Positions 1 through 8,662 of a stretch of 45,130 bases of DNA are shown one piece after another (positions within the stretch are counted from its first letter, which is position 1; the number at the start of each line of letters is the position of its first letter). The stretch comes from a virus (taxonomy: Duplodnaviria > Caudoviricetes). Under the pieces are notes generated by a model, which was not told the DNA's origin, ran no database searches, and saw only the letters and a program-made list of their open reading frames with translations. The position numbers were made by a program, and so were the translations under genes. The stretch is taken from IMG/VR virus record IMGVR_UViG_3300037043_000013, positions 1 through 45,130 of that record; one strand, written 5' to 3'.

Positions 1-609
1 TCTAATGGCGCAAGGGGCACGGGCAAGCCGTTTGGCCCTTACCACTTCCTAACCATGTTCCAGAAGGCCGAAGAACAAGTGGCGTGGATGAAGCAGTGCG
101 CCCCCGATCCAACTCCCCTGCCGCCCATTCTAGATGCGGAGCAGCACCCCTACGAGCCGCACAACTCCACGGTGCCGCTGGCCAACAAGCGCACCCACGT
201 CCATAACTGGCTGCTAGAGGGCGAGAGGGTCTTTGGTAGAAAACCATTGATCTACACCGGGGCGTACTGGTGGAAAGACAACATTGGCGATGTCCCGTGG
301 GCCAAGGACTACCAGTTCATCATGGCCGGCTACTTGTTCTACAAGGAGCCCATCCCGGCCAACTTCAATCCCTACTGGCCCGGCCCAAGAACGCTGTTCT
401 ACATTCCGAGGGAGAACGTAATCGGATGGCAGTACGCCGGAGACATTCCGAACAACGGGAAGTATCCGTGGGCCAGTGGAACGCAGGACTTCAACGTGGC
501 CGACGAGAAAGCAATATGGGCGCTGGCGGGCTTCAAGCCGCCACTAACCATCGAAGAACGAGTGGCTCGACTTGAGGCACTCCATCCTGAGCTTGGGGGA
601 ATAGTGTGA
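1..609 (+). CDS. Endolysin, GH25 muramidase-like (5' truncated by window edge)
   Basis: Frame is open from base 1 (…FGPYHFL…); GH25-like motifs GxYHF, LDAE, GRKPLIYTG, WQY, QDFN. Confidence 0.8.
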   Translation, partial: SNGARGTGKPFGPYHFLTMFQKAEEQVAWMKQCAPDPTPLPPILDAEQHPYEPHNSTVPLANKRTHVHNWLLEGERVFGRKPLIYTGAYWWKDNIGDVPWAKDYQFIMAGYLFYKEPIPANFNPYWPGPRTLFYIPRENVIGWQYAGDIPNNGKYPWASGTQDFNVADEKAIWALAGFKPPLTIEERVARLEALHPELGGIV

Positions 610-983
610 CCAAGAACGAAACGATACTCTTGGAGAGCATCAGCGACAGACTGACACAGGTTCACGAGGCGCTGTACGGCAACGGCGACCCCTCCAAGTC
701 CATGATGGCGTCTCAGGTTCGCCAAGAGGCGGCGGTAGTTCAGGCCGCCGATGCGGCTAGGATAGCGGCATGCAAGGCGGACTCGCTGGCGGACTCGATG
801 GCGAAGGTGGCTGTGTCCGTGGACGCCCACCATGCAAAGATGCACATGCACGACATCATCAAGAGCCCCAAGATCTGGGGATATGTCCTGCTGGTGTTCG
901 TCGCCGTCAACGTCATCGTCGACGTGGCCAACCCGTGGGTGCTGGCCCTCATCAAGACGTGGACGGGGATAACCGTCCCTTGA
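606..983 (+). CDS. Membrane protein, putative holin or lysis accessory
   Basis: Overlaps lysin stop; C-terminal hydrophobic segment IWGYVLLVFVAVNVIV. Confidence 0.5.
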   Translation: MTKNETILLESISDRLTQVHEALYGNGDPSKSMMASQVRQEAAVVQAADAARIAACKADSLADSMAKVAVSVDAHHAKMHMHDIIKSPKIWGYVLLVFVAVNVIVDVANPWVLALIKTWTGITVP

Positions 984-1008
984 CAGGATAGCCGATCTGT
1001 GGTAGGAT
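980..1008 (+). promoter_or_regulatory. Sigma70-type promoter
   Basis: TTGACA(980-985)-17bp-TAGGAT(1003-1008) with extended TG. Confidence 0.8.
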
Positions 1009-1032
1009 TGTCCTACCCGAAGGAGAGATGAA

Positions 1033-1410
1033 ATGGAGAGCTTGCTGTCCGTTGGTGGGATCACGACCCTGCTGGTCCTTGTGCTCACCTTACTTTTCCA
1101 GTATGTCCCCGGTCTGCGTGTCATCTGGGGCGGCGTGAAGTCCGAAGTCAAGATGCTGGTCGTCTTGGCGGTGTACTTCGTGATCGGCGCATTCGTGGCC
1201 TTCGGCGGGTGCTTGGAGTTCCTTGCCAACCTCATCCCGCAGCTACAGTGCGTTGACGCCCCGACGTTCCTCAGCTACCTGTGGTCGGTGGCCGTCGCCA
1301 TCGGCGCAGGGCAGGGCATCTTCTCCCTCATGCCCGAACTGCGGGACGTGTCAGAGGCCAAGTTCGAGCGTGAAGGTCTTGTCATCTACGACGACGAAGA
1401 CGAGCTCTAG
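1033..1410 (+). CDS. Holin-like multi-TM protein
   Basis: Three hydrophobic segments, acidic C-tail, AGGAG SD, next to lysin. Confidence 0.55.
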   Translation: MESLLSVGGITTLLVLVLTLLFQYVPGLRVIWGGVKSEVKMLVVLAVYFVIGAFVAFGGCLEFLANLIPQLQCVDAPTFLSYLWSVAVAIGAGQGIFSLMPELRDVSEAKFEREGLVIYDDEDEL

Positions 1411-1428
1411 CTGAACAAGCGGGAGGCC

Positions 1429-1740
1429 TTGAAGCGCGCCCTATTCGAAGGGCGCGCTCTGGGCTACTGCGAAGCCAAGAAGTTCTGGGCCCACCGGTGT
1501 GAAGGTGGGCTTGATCTCCATGAGGTACTACTGAAGCGGAACGACATGCCGCTGAAGAAGCAGGAGTACCTCGCCGACCCCCGCAACTGCGTCCTCATCT
1601 GCCACAAGGTTCACATGGAACACGGCCAGACGACGGCCTTCAACGAGGCTGCCGTGGGCTACCTGCATCGGTTCTTCCTGCATGGTAACATGCAGCGGTT
1701 CTTGGACGAGGCTCCGCTCAAGGTGAAACACCGCCCTTGA
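1429..1740 (+). CDS. HNH-like endonuclease
   Basis: C-x8-C…DLHE…NCVLICHKVH; GGAGG SD before TTG. Confidence 0.55.
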   Translation: MKRALFEGRALGYCEAKKFWAHRCEGGLDLHEVLLKRNDMPLKKQEYLADPRNCVLICHKVHMEHGQTTAFNEAAVGYLHRFFLHGNMQRFLDEAPLKVKHRP

Positions 1741-1765
1741 CAGGGCGCGGGAAGTGTGTTAGGAT
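1737..1765 (+). promoter_or_regulatory. Sigma70-type promoter for tRNA-like RNA 1
   Basis: TTGACA(1737-1742)-17bp-TAGGAT(1760-1765); predicted +1 coincides with G1772. Confidence 0.8.
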
Positions 1766-1771
1766 TGCTTC

Positions 1772-1903
1772 GTGCTGGCGGCGTGGTGGGACCGCTGACC
1801 CGATAGAGGCGCTACGTGGTGCGTATGCGCCACGTTCGGACAGAGCCCGGCCGAAAGGTATCGTGCATGGATGCGCCCGCCGGTTCGAATCCGGCCCAGC
1901 ACA
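1772..1903 (+). ncRNA. tRNA-like RNA 1 (anticodon arm replaced by ~60-nt structured domain)
   Basis: Acceptor GTGCTGG/CCAGCAC + A; T arm GCCGG-TTCGAAT-CCGGC; D-like arm GCG…CGC; homologous to 9542-9672. Confidence 0.8.
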
Positions 1904-1943
1904 CTAGCCGCAGTCCAGCGGCAATAGGCCACTAGGAGGGCAC

Positions 1944-2555
1944 ATGGACGCAGTAGACAGCAAGACGTTGGAAGCTCTGGGCGGCAAGGTGACGAAGCTC
2001 ACCGTGCAGTCCGGGCGCAAACTCACGGACGGAAACTGGGGCTCACTGGAAGCCTCTTTCGTCTTTGAGATCGAAGTGTCGCCAGACACTGATCCTGCGG
2101 CTCTGGCCATCGCCGGCTACGAGTTCGCAAAGGCGCTGGTGAACCAGACCGTTGTGGCTGACGGGATGGCCCTACAGGCCCAGAATGCGGGCAAGACTGG
2201 CTCCAAGCAGGCTCAGGAAGCCCCCCAGAAGGCCTCAGGAGCGGCGGGGTACCAGAAAGCGCATCAGGAGCCCACTCGGACGCCTGCGGGGGCTGAGGAC
2301 AAGGAGTTCCGCACCGTCGACGCCGAGTACTTCGAGGTCGAGGTCGGGGCCGACAACATCCGCAAGGCGAAGGTCTTTGGAGGTCCGTATAAAAAGTTCG
2401 GAGTCCGCTGCTACCCCGAGCCGCTGGAGGCGGTCGGCATCGACGTGGCGATCCTTGAGGCTGGCAAGTTCGCCATGCCCGATGGCTTCACGAAGATGAA
2501 GGTCGTCCTGAACGAGCAGGGCAACCCGAAGAAGGTTTGGAGCTTGAAAGCCTAG
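1944..2555 (+). CDS. Hypothetical two-domain protein (possibly nucleic-acid binding)
   Basis: AGGAGG SD; two globular regions joined by a Q/A/K-rich linker; function not recognised. Confidence 0.6.
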   Translation: MDAVDSKTLEALGGKVTKLTVQSGRKLTDGNWGSLEASFVFEIEVSPDTDPAALAIAGYEFAKALVNQTVVADGMALQAQNAGKTGSKQAQEAPQKASGAAGYQKAHQEPTRTPAGAEDKEFRTVDAEYFEVEVGADNIRKAKVFGGPYKKFGVRCYPEPLEAVGIDVAILEAGKFAMPDGFTKMKVVLNEQGNPKKVWSLKA

Positions 2556-2935
2556 TACTCAGGTCGCTGCCCCGTTCGCGACTAGACCCGGACATAAGGT
2601 TGCGGACTCTGGGCACCGGTAGCAGCAACTTGGCGGCGGGGCGGCGACCTACTCGGTAACAAACCGTCGGCACTTGTTGACAAGTGTCGACGTTTCGACA
2701 CAACCGAATAGGACGACCTCTGCGGGAGCCCCGTCCGCGTCAACAAGAGGGGCACTCTAGTCACCCCAGACACCCGTTCCGGTGCCTAGCCTAGCGGGAT
2801 AGCGGAACCTAGCGCATGCAACACGGCAAAGGCACGGAGGATGAAAGCGGCTGCGGCTCCGTCAGGCAGACCCGGTCCTCCCCTGAAGAGGGGAGGACTC
2901 TGCCTACTGCCCACCATCAAGCAGCCTATACGAAC
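2556..2935 (+). ncRNA. Candidate large structured ncRNA (~380 nt, pseudoknotted)
   Basis: No credible ORF; stems 2561-2573/2638-2650, 2665-2676/2681-2692, 2875-2884/2889-2898, 2864-2870/2899-2905 plus long-range pairs. Confidence 0.6.
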
Positions 2936-2939
2936 ACCC

Positions 2940-2968
2940 TTGACAGGACACTCGATAGGTGATAGGAT
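2940..2968 (+). promoter_or_regulatory. Sigma70-type promoter, leaderless transcript
   Basis: TTGACA-17bp-TAGGAT, then 6 nt, then ATG 2975. Confidence 0.8.
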
Positions 2969-2974
2969 GACGAC

Positions 2975-3127
2975 ATGACCAAGACATACGCAGCCAGATA
3001 CATCTTGAGCCCGCGGGACGCAAACCTCCTGATCGACCTCTTTGGGTACGACATCCGTGCCGAGGGCGATGACAGCGTTTGGCACTCGCCTTGGGGGGCC
3101 GTTCTCATCGTCGTCGTGAGGTGGTAG
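2975..3127 (+). CDS. 50-aa hypothetical protein (not in ORF track)
   Basis: MTKTYAARYILSPRDANLLIDLFGYDIRAEGDDSVWHSPWGAVLIVVVRW*; starts at predicted +1 and abuts next ATG at 3129. Confidence 0.6.
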   Translation: MTKTYAARYILSPRDANLLIDLFGYDIRAEGDDSVWHSPWGAVLIVVVRW

Positions 3128-3128
3128 C

Positions 3129-3332
3129 ATGACCAAGCCAACCCGCAAGCGAGAGAAAGCCAAGCTGCCGACCGGCCGCTGCCCGGCGCACGCGCACTAC
3201 ACCGGCGTGCGCAAGCCGGACGGAAGCTGCGAGTACTGCATGCAGGTTTGGGAGCGGGCGAACGCAGCAGAAGAGAGCTATTTCGAGGCTATGAAGGAGA
3301 GGACCACGAATGCGCACATTGCACCAAGGTGA
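3129..3332 (+). CDS. Small Zn-binding hypothetical protein
   Basis: CPAH…CEYC. Confidence 0.55.
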   Translation: MTKPTRKREKAKLPTGRCPAHAHYTGVRKPDGSCEYCMQVWERANAAEESYFEAMKERTTNAHIAPR

Positions 3333-3543
3333 ACTGTACTCGATCGACAAGCGTGCGCCGCTGGCCGGCCAACTGGAGTGGGCGCACAAGCGGTTCCGGC
3401 TGAAGCACAAGAGTGAGCCGGTCGACGTCCGCTGGAACCCGGGGGCGTACAAGGACGACACGCTGGCCGACAAGCCGGCGGTGGACAAGAGCGTGCCGCC
3501 CGGGCACGTGTGGTTGGAGTTGGCAAGCGGGCCGGGGGAGTAG
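3310..3543 (+). CDS. Hypothetical protein
   Basis: GGAGAGG SD, operon packing. Confidence 0.55.
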   Translation: MRTLHQGELYSIDKRAPLAGQLEWAHKRFRLKHKSEPVDVRWNPGAYKDDTLADKPAVDKSVPPGHVWLELASGPGE

Positions 3544-3615
3544 GCTAGTACTGGGGGTAGGCAAACCCGTGGATGTGGGGGCTGAAATTGGTCGGAAATT
3601 GGTGCCTTGCAGCCC

Positions 3616-3644
3616 TTGACAGGATCTTGGAACGGTAGTAGGAT
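3616..3644 (+). promoter_or_regulatory. Sigma70-type promoter, leaderless transcript
   Basis: TTGACA-17bp-TAGGAT, then 6 nt, then GTG 3651. Confidence 0.8.
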
Positions 3645-3650
3645 GACAGC

Positions 3651-3956
3651 GTGATCTACTTGGCCGCCACCTTCTTAGTCTTGAACGCCTGCGACATCAT
3701 GCTGACCGCCAGCCTGCTGCCGCTGGGCGGCATCGAACTCAACCCGGTCGCCGTGTGGCTGTTCGCCAACGTCGGCATGGGCTGGGCGGCGGTCATCAAG
3801 ATGACAGCCTCCGGGCTGGTGGCGGCGTCGGCGTGCTGGCTGGCTCGGGAGTTCCCGAGGCTGGCCATGGTGACGATGCACGGGCTTACGATCCTGATGT
3901 TCGGAGTATGCACATGGAACTTAGCGATGATCGCGATGGCACTGTCAAGTTGGTAA
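3651..3956 (+). CDS. DUF5658-like membrane protein
   Basis: LNxxDxxLT…GGIELNP…K pattern, three TM segments. Confidence 0.65.
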   Translation: MIYLAATFLVLNACDIMLTASLLPLGGIELNPVAVWLFANVGMGWAAVIKMTASGLVAASACWLAREFPRLAMVTMHGLTILMFGVCTWNLAMIAMALSSW

Positions 3957-4141
3957 GCGAGGCCGTTGACGAGTTGGAGGACGAACTCCCGAAGTGGGAT
4001 GCGTCCGACGCCATGGTCGGCCACATGCGGCGCTGGCATGCTACCATGCTGGCTGCGCTGACCATCATCGAGTCGATGGGGAACGAGATCCACCGGCTCG
4101 AAGACGAAGTGAGCGTTCTGCGCTCAGGGAAGGACATCTAA
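3914..4141 (+). CDS. Hypothetical coiled-coil protein
   Basis: GGAG SD before ATG 3914; stop overlaps ATG 4141. Confidence 0.5.
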   Translation: MELSDDRDGTVKLVSEAVDELEDELPKWDASDAMVGHMRRWHATMLAALTIIESMGNEIHRLEDEVSVLRSGKDI

Positions 4142-4875
4142 TGCCCGCAGTCCGTGGTAACAAGCAGGCCAAGCACGAGGACTGGACGCCGAAGGAAGAC
4201 CGCCTTCTGTTGGCGCTCCGCAAGAAGAAGGCGTCGTACTCTGAGCTTGCGGCCTGCCTGCCGCGGCACTCGCAGGACGCCATCCGCCAGCACTACTTCG
4301 TGCTGACCCGCAACGAGCCGCACTGGACGGAAGCCGAGAACCTCGCCTTCTTCGATCTGGAGACGAGCCACCTGAAGGCCAACATCGGGATCCTGCTGTC
4401 GTGGGCCTTCAAGCTGCGGGGCGGCGGGGTGGTGTACGACGTCATAACCAAGAAGGACATCATGTCCGGGGTGATGGACAGGCGCATCGTGAAGTCGTTC
4501 ATGGCGGCCATCAAGCCGCTGGACGTCCTGATCGGATACTACTCGACGAAGTTCGACGTGCCGTTCATCCGCACCCGGGCCCTCATGCTGGGCATCCCGT
4601 TCCCCGCCTTCGGGCAGCAGTTCCACCATGACGTGTACTACAGCGCCAAGTGGAAGCTCGATCTGCACTCGAACCGGCTGGACGCAGTGTCGCATGCCCT
4701 CGGGTGCAAGAACGAGAAGACGCCGCTGGACATCAGCATCTGGCAGAAGGCGCAGTACGGCGACCCGAAGTGCCTCGCCTACATCGTGGAGCACAACAAG
4801 GCGGACGTCAGGGTTCTGGAAGAGGTCTTCGAGAAGCTGATGCCGTTCATCCAGATGAAGAGGAAGTCGCTGTGA
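4141..4875 (+). CDS. DEDD/RNase H-fold 3'-5' exonuclease with N-terminal Myb/SANT-like domain
   Basis: ExoI FFDLETS, ExoII YYSTKFDVPFI, ExoIII HNKADV; N-terminal WTPKEDRLLL. Confidence 0.8.
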   Translation: MPAVRGNKQAKHEDWTPKEDRLLLALRKKKASYSELAACLPRHSQDAIRQHYFVLTRNEPHWTEAENLAFFDLETSHLKANIGILLSWAFKLRGGGVVYDVITKKDIMSGVMDRRIVKSFMAAIKPLDVLIGYYSTKFDVPFIRTRALMLGIPFPAFGQQFHHDVYYSAKWKLDLHSNRLDAVSHALGCKNEKTPLDISIWQKAQYGDPKCLAYIVEHNKADVRVLEEVFEKLMPFIQMKRKSL

Positions 4876-5129
4876 AACTCGTGCCCATGGTCGACCCCGA
4901 GTTCTGGGTCCTCGGCATCATCGTGGACCGGGCGGCGCACTTTGCCAGCGTCCACCTTGGCCCGTTGGCGTTGGTCCTACAGATGGACCCGCCGCATGTT
5001 ACCATGCAGGACCTTGAGAAGGCCCAGCAGGAGCAGTACGAAGAGTGGATGGACGAACTGGAGCAGGCCGGCATGATCCAGAAGGTCCGAGTGGTCGAGC
5101 GGATGCCGAGCAGCAGCAAGGTGATGTGA
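4872..5129 (+). CDS. Hypothetical protein
   Basis: GTGA overlap with exonuclease stop. Confidence 0.5.
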   Translation: MKLVPMVDPEFWVLGIIVDRAAHFASVHLGPLALVLQMDPPHVTMQDLEKAQQEQYEEWMDELEQAGMIQKVRVVERMPSSSKVM

Positions 5130-5572
5130 TGGCAAAGAAGCCGACAGCCGCCGAGCGGGCAGAGAAAGCCCGCAACGACAAGGTCTACGAGGCCGAGTGG
5201 GCCGCCGGGACGGCCGTCCTGCGGCCGCTGCTGTCGGTGGTGGAGGCGCAGTCCTACGTCAACAGCGTGCTCAAGCTGCGGTCGTGGAAGAACCGGACGG
5301 GGATAGCCAAGATCGAGGTCGTCTACGTCCCTCAGTGGGATCGCGACTCCTGCATGGAAGACCATCGGACCATCGGAAGGATGGAACTGACGATGGGAAA
5401 CATGACCGAGGGCGTGGTGCTGCACGAGCTTGCGCACGCCGCCCGGGGCGACACCGACAACTCGCACCCGACCGAGTTTCTGGAAATGCTGATCTGGGTG
5501 ATAGGCGTCAGGGTGAACCAGTACATGGCCAACCGTCTCCGAGAAGAGTTGCACCTGAGGAAACTGCTATGA
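5129..5572 (+). CDS. SprT-like/zincin metalloprotein
   Basis: VVLHELAH…SHPTEF. Confidence 0.7.
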   Translation: MAKKPTAAERAEKARNDKVYEAEWAAGTAVLRPLLSVVEAQSYVNSVLKLRSWKNRTGIAKIEVVYVPQWDRDSCMEDHRTIGRMELTMGNMTEGVVLHELAHAARGDTDNSHPTEFLEMLIWVIGVRVNQYMANRLREELHLRKLL

Positions 5573-5718
5573 AGACGATGCTGAGGACTGAGGTCTACGC
5601 CGGGAAGCACTGGGACAGGTTCGGGCTGGGGGTCTTCCTTGACACCTGCGAGGGCCTCGGGATCAGTGTCGACTTCCTGTTCTGGTACTTCGGGTTCACG
5701 ACGTGGCGGGAGGGCTAG
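5569..5718 (+). CDS. Small hypothetical protein
   Basis: ATGA overlap; MKTMLRTEVY…. Confidence 0.5.
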   Translation: MKTMLRTEVYAGKHWDRFGLGVFLDTCEGLGISVDFLFWYFGFTTWREG

Positions 5719-5934
5719 ATGGGCAAGATCTTCATGAACCGTGGCCGCTACGTCTCCGTCACCGATCTGCGGACGGACAAGACGACCTTCCGCTCGATCG
5801 TGGTCGGCCTTGACGGCGGCCTGCGGATGTCCCGCCGGCGGCACAAGACGGCCGCCGCTGCGGAGGGATACGGGCTGGCGCTGACCATGCGGCTCGGCCG
5901 CATGCGTAGGCGGGGAGACAAGGAGGCACAGTGA
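5719..5934 (+). CDS. Basic hypothetical protein
   Basis: GGAGG SD, operon packing. Confidence 0.55.
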   Translation: MGKIFMNRGRYVSVTDLRTDKTTFRSIVVGLDGGLRMSRRRHKTAAAAEGYGLALTMRLGRMRRRGDKEAQ

Positions 5935-6206
5935 CCCGACTAGAGGCCAACATGCGGAACCTGCTGGCGGTGGACGGATGGTGGCACTTCCAGTTCTCGA
6001 AGTGCGACTCCATCAAGGAGACTGTTCGGGAGTTGAAGGACAGGATCCCAGAGGCCCAGAGGGAATACAGCAGGGACGGCAACGGCTGGCAATGGAGGGT
6101 CTTGACAAACAAGAAGAACTGGGTTACGCTTACCCATGTGTTCGACAACTTCCCGATCCTCGAAGAGGCTCTGCTCGTCGCCGAAAGGCAGAAAGGCAAG
6201 AAATGA
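5931..6206 (+). CDS. Hypothetical protein
   Basis: AGGAGG SD, GTGA overlap. Confidence 0.6.
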   Translation: MTRLEANMRNLLAVDGWWHFQFSKCDSIKETVRELKDRIPEAQREYSRDGNGWQWRVLTNKKNWVTLTHVFDNFPILEEALLVAERQKGKK

Positions 6207-6820
6207 AACGACTGTTCGCAATCCTGTTCTGTACGGCCCTGCTGGTCGGGGCGCTGTGGGTGCCGGCGGCCGCCAGCGTGCCGGCAACGCAGGCCACCTG
6301 CCCCAACAGCGCACCGTGGGTGAAGGTCGACGGCCTGACCGGCAAGACCTACGCCTACACGGCACCCGAGGGCAAGCTCGTTGCCGAGACTTGCTACAAG
6401 GCGGCAACGACCGTCGTGTATGCGGACGTGGACCCGGCGTCGTCGCCCGTGACTGTTACCAGCACGGTGACGAACAAGAAGGGCAAGGTACAGGACCTCA
6501 GCCACGCGTCCTTCCGGCTCGTGGACGATGAGGCTCCTCCTCCCCCTCCCCCTCCGCCGCCACCTCCTCCTCCGCCGCCTCCTCCGCCCAAGCACTGCAA
6601 GGTTCAGGGCGACATCTGGTATCAGTGCGAGAGCGGGGCATGGCTGTATGGAACCGGCCTGCTCCGTGATTGCGTGTGGTGCGGTGGGCTGACCGGCCGC
6701 CGTGTCGTGCGCGAGAGCTACGACTGCGGTGAGCACTACACTTGGTATGATGGCGGGGTCCGTGTCGAGGATCCCCCGCAGCCGCTGGGGCGCTACGCCT
6801 GCCCCGGCAACTGCAAGTAG
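6203..6820 (+). CDS. Secreted Cys-rich protein with poly-proline linker
   Basis: Signal peptide MKRLFAILFCTALLVGALWVPAAA; 18 consecutive Pro at 6536-6589. Confidence 0.7.
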   Translation: MKRLFAILFCTALLVGALWVPAAASVPATQATCPNSAPWVKVDGLTGKTYAYTAPEGKLVAETCYKAATTVVYADVDPASSPVTVTSTVTNKKGKVQDLSHASFRLVDDEAPPPPPPPPPPPPPPPPPPKHCKVQGDIWYQCESGAWLYGTGLLRDCVWCGGLTGRRVVRESYDCGEHYTWYDGGVRVEDPPQPLGRYACPGNCK

Positions 6821-6889
6821 CAAGCCTGCCGGCGGCGGCGTCACACCCGCCCCGGCACCTACGTCGTGAGTTGATAGGAGAGGTTGAGA

Positions 6890-7159
6890 ATGGGACACGA
6901 CATGACCCCCGACGAGTTGCGGAAGTGGGCCGAGAATGAAAGCGATGGAGTGCTCCTAATCCCGGCAAGTCGGTTGTTTGCCGCCGCCGACGCATGGAAG
7001 GCGGACCTAGAATGGCACAGAGAGCAGACCGAGGGGGTTTGGGCTGCTAACGCCGTCCTCCGCCAGCGGCTGGAGGCGGTTCGGGCGCTGGCGGGGGAGA
7101 ACTTCGACAGCCTGACTATTGAGCGCAAGCTGAACGCCGCCCTCGCAGGGAAGCCATGA
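6890..7159 (+). CDS. Mosaic-family small protein (PDELRK…AADAW…AALAG)
   Basis: Shares exact DNA blocks with 8343, 9733, 10195 and 10641 genes. Confidence 0.65.
   Translation: MGHDMTPDELRKWAENESDGVLLIPASRLFAAADAWKADLEWHREQTEGVWAANAVLRQRLEAVRALAGENFDSLTIERKLNAALAGKP
6979..7079 (+). repeat. 101-bp direct repeat, copy 1 (copy 2 at 10314-10414)
   Basis: tgccgccgccgacgcatggaagg…cggctggaggcgg identical in both copies by eye. Confidence 0.9.
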
Positions 7160-7701
7160 GACGAGGCCCGCAGGTCAACCCGTCCAAGGTCTACTACGAC
7201 CCGGGCGGCTGCAAGCGGGGGCACGATCCCTGCGTGCGCTGGCTGGCAAGCTGCAAGTGCCTGACGTGCGAGAAGGAATCTACTGGTCGTGGGGTCTTCG
7301 CTGAGGCCGACAGGGTGTGCCCGCGCTGCGGCTGCTACTTCGAGGAGGGACACGTCTGGGGCGGCAAGGGCGTGCTGTGCAAAGAGTGTGCCTCAACCGA
7401 CCCGAAGTGGGACTGCGGAACGACATTCCTGTGCGTTGAGGGAGACAAGCCGTTTATCGGCGGGCACTATCGCAAAGAGCAGATGGCGTGGTCGCTCATT
7501 CTGGAATCGTGGGACCTCGGCATGGTGTTCGAGGAGTGGCGAGGGGGAAAGTACTTCTGCTCGTGGCGTGTTGTCCCCAACACGGCCAACCGCCCGGTTC
7601 GTGACGTCCTGACGTCATGGCGCGAGGGCCATCGCCCGCCCATCATCCTAGAGCTCGTCGACCGCCAGCCCAAGGGCGACGGGAGGATCCTGAAGCCATG
7701 A
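7156..7701 (+). CDS. Cys-rich zinc-finger hypothetical protein
   Basis: CKRGH, CLTC, CPRC, CKEC. Confidence 0.6.
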   Translation: MRRGPQVNPSKVYYDPGGCKRGHDPCVRWLASCKCLTCEKESTGRGVFAEADRVCPRCGCYFEEGHVWGGKGVLCKECASTDPKWDCGTTFLCVEGDKPFIGGHYRKEQMAWSLILESWDLGMVFEEWRGGKYFCSWRVVPNTANRPVRDVLTSWREGHRPPIILELVDRQPKGDGRILKP

Positions 7702-7952
7702 CGAGGGACGCCGACCTGCGGCGCAAGTACGGCATCACGGCGGCGGACTACGACCGCATGCTGGCCGAGCAGGGCGGCGTGTGCGCCATCTGCGGGCGGC
7801 CGCCAAAGACAAGGCGGCTGAACGTGGACCACGACCACAGGACCGGCAAGGTGCGCGGAATCTTGTGCTGGCGCTGCAACAAGGGATTGCAGTTCTTTAG
7901 CGATGACGCTAAACATCTGAGAAAGGCGGCTGCGTATGTCCGATCTCGATGA
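7698..7952 (+). CDS. Endonuclease VII-family (His-Me) nuclease
   Basis: KYGITAADYDRML…QGGVCAIC…VDHDHRTGKVRGILCWRCN. Confidence 0.9.
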   Translation: MTRDADLRRKYGITAADYDRMLAEQGGVCAICGRPPKTRRLNVDHDHRTGKVRGILCWRCNKGLQFFSDDAKHLRKAAAYVRSR

Positions 7953-8346
7953 GTGGTTCGGCCCACGAGAGGTCACTGCGGAAGGCGAGATCGTCGTGCG
8001 GCGCACCAAGTTCCCGGCGGCCGAAGAGCCCATCCGCCCGATCTTAGACAGGATGCTGGCCATCTGGGAAGCCGAAGGCCGGCAGGCGGCCAAGGCATTC
8101 GTCGCCACGTGGACGCAGGGGGCACGGGACTACGTCGAGCAGGTCGACGGGGACGCTGACCGGTTCGAGCGGGCCATGCGGCTGCTGATTGCCAAGGGGC
8201 TGACGATCAGGAGCCCGCGCAGTATGATTGCGGTGGCGCTGGACATGAAGGCGAAGGAGCAGCCCAAGAAGACAGACTACGGCGTGTGCCCGGATTGCGG
8301 GGCACCATTCGGTTTGCACAACCGAGACTGCGAGGCTTACGAATGA
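7936..8346 (+). CDS. Hypothetical protein with C-terminal Zn ribbon
   Basis: CPDC…HNRDC; operon packing. Confidence 0.55.
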   Translation: MSDLDEWFGPREVTAEGEIVVRRTKFPAAEEPIRPILDRMLAIWEAEGRQAAKAFVATWTQGARDYVEQVDGDADRFERAMRLLIAKGLTIRSPRSMIAVALDMKAKEQPKKTDYGVCPDCGAPFGLHNRDCEAYE

Positions 8347-8654
8347 ACACCCCCGACGAGTTGCGGAAGTGGGCGAATGGCTATGAACTCCAGGGACGCC
8401 ATGAGATTGCGGGGCTGTTCCGTGCCGCCGCCGACGCATGGGGGAGGCTGGAGCTTCAATACAAGGCGGCAAACGAACACATCGGCAAACTGGCCGCCGA
8501 CCTGACCATCCTCCGCAAGCGGCTGGAGGCGGCGGAGAAGACCATCGGCACGTTGCAGGCAGACCGCATCAAAGCGCAGGCCACCATAGACCACTACCGG
8601 ACAATGCTGGAGGCGGTGGAGAAGCAACTGCCGCCGTCGGACATCCCGTTCTAG
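8343..8654 (+). CDS. Mosaic-family coiled-coil protein
   Basis: TPDELRKWA…AAADAW…LRKRLEAAEK. Confidence 0.65.
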   Translation: MNTPDELRKWANGYELQGRHEIAGLFRAAADAWGRLELQYKAANEHIGKLAADLTILRKRLEAAEKTIGTLQADRIKAQATIDHYRTMLEAVEKQLPPSDIPF

Positions 8655-8662
8655 GAGGACCC

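Noticed and set aside
1794-1862. Hammerhead or twister ribozyme in the insert
   Set aside because: CTGA is not conserved in copy 2, and twister-like pairings are not consistent across both copies
1772-1903. Canonical decoding tRNA or tmRNA
   Set aside because: No 5-bp/7-nt anticodon arm; no G3-U70 pair or tag ORF, and too short for tmRNA
2574-2762. Group I intron (GACTA/TAGTC resembles P7)
   Set aside because: No room for P1-P6 upstream, G-binding bulge pair absent, no interrupted gene; a permuted form is not excluded
6394-6600. Poly-Gly ORF on minus strand
   Set aside because: Antisense shadow of the poly-Pro gene
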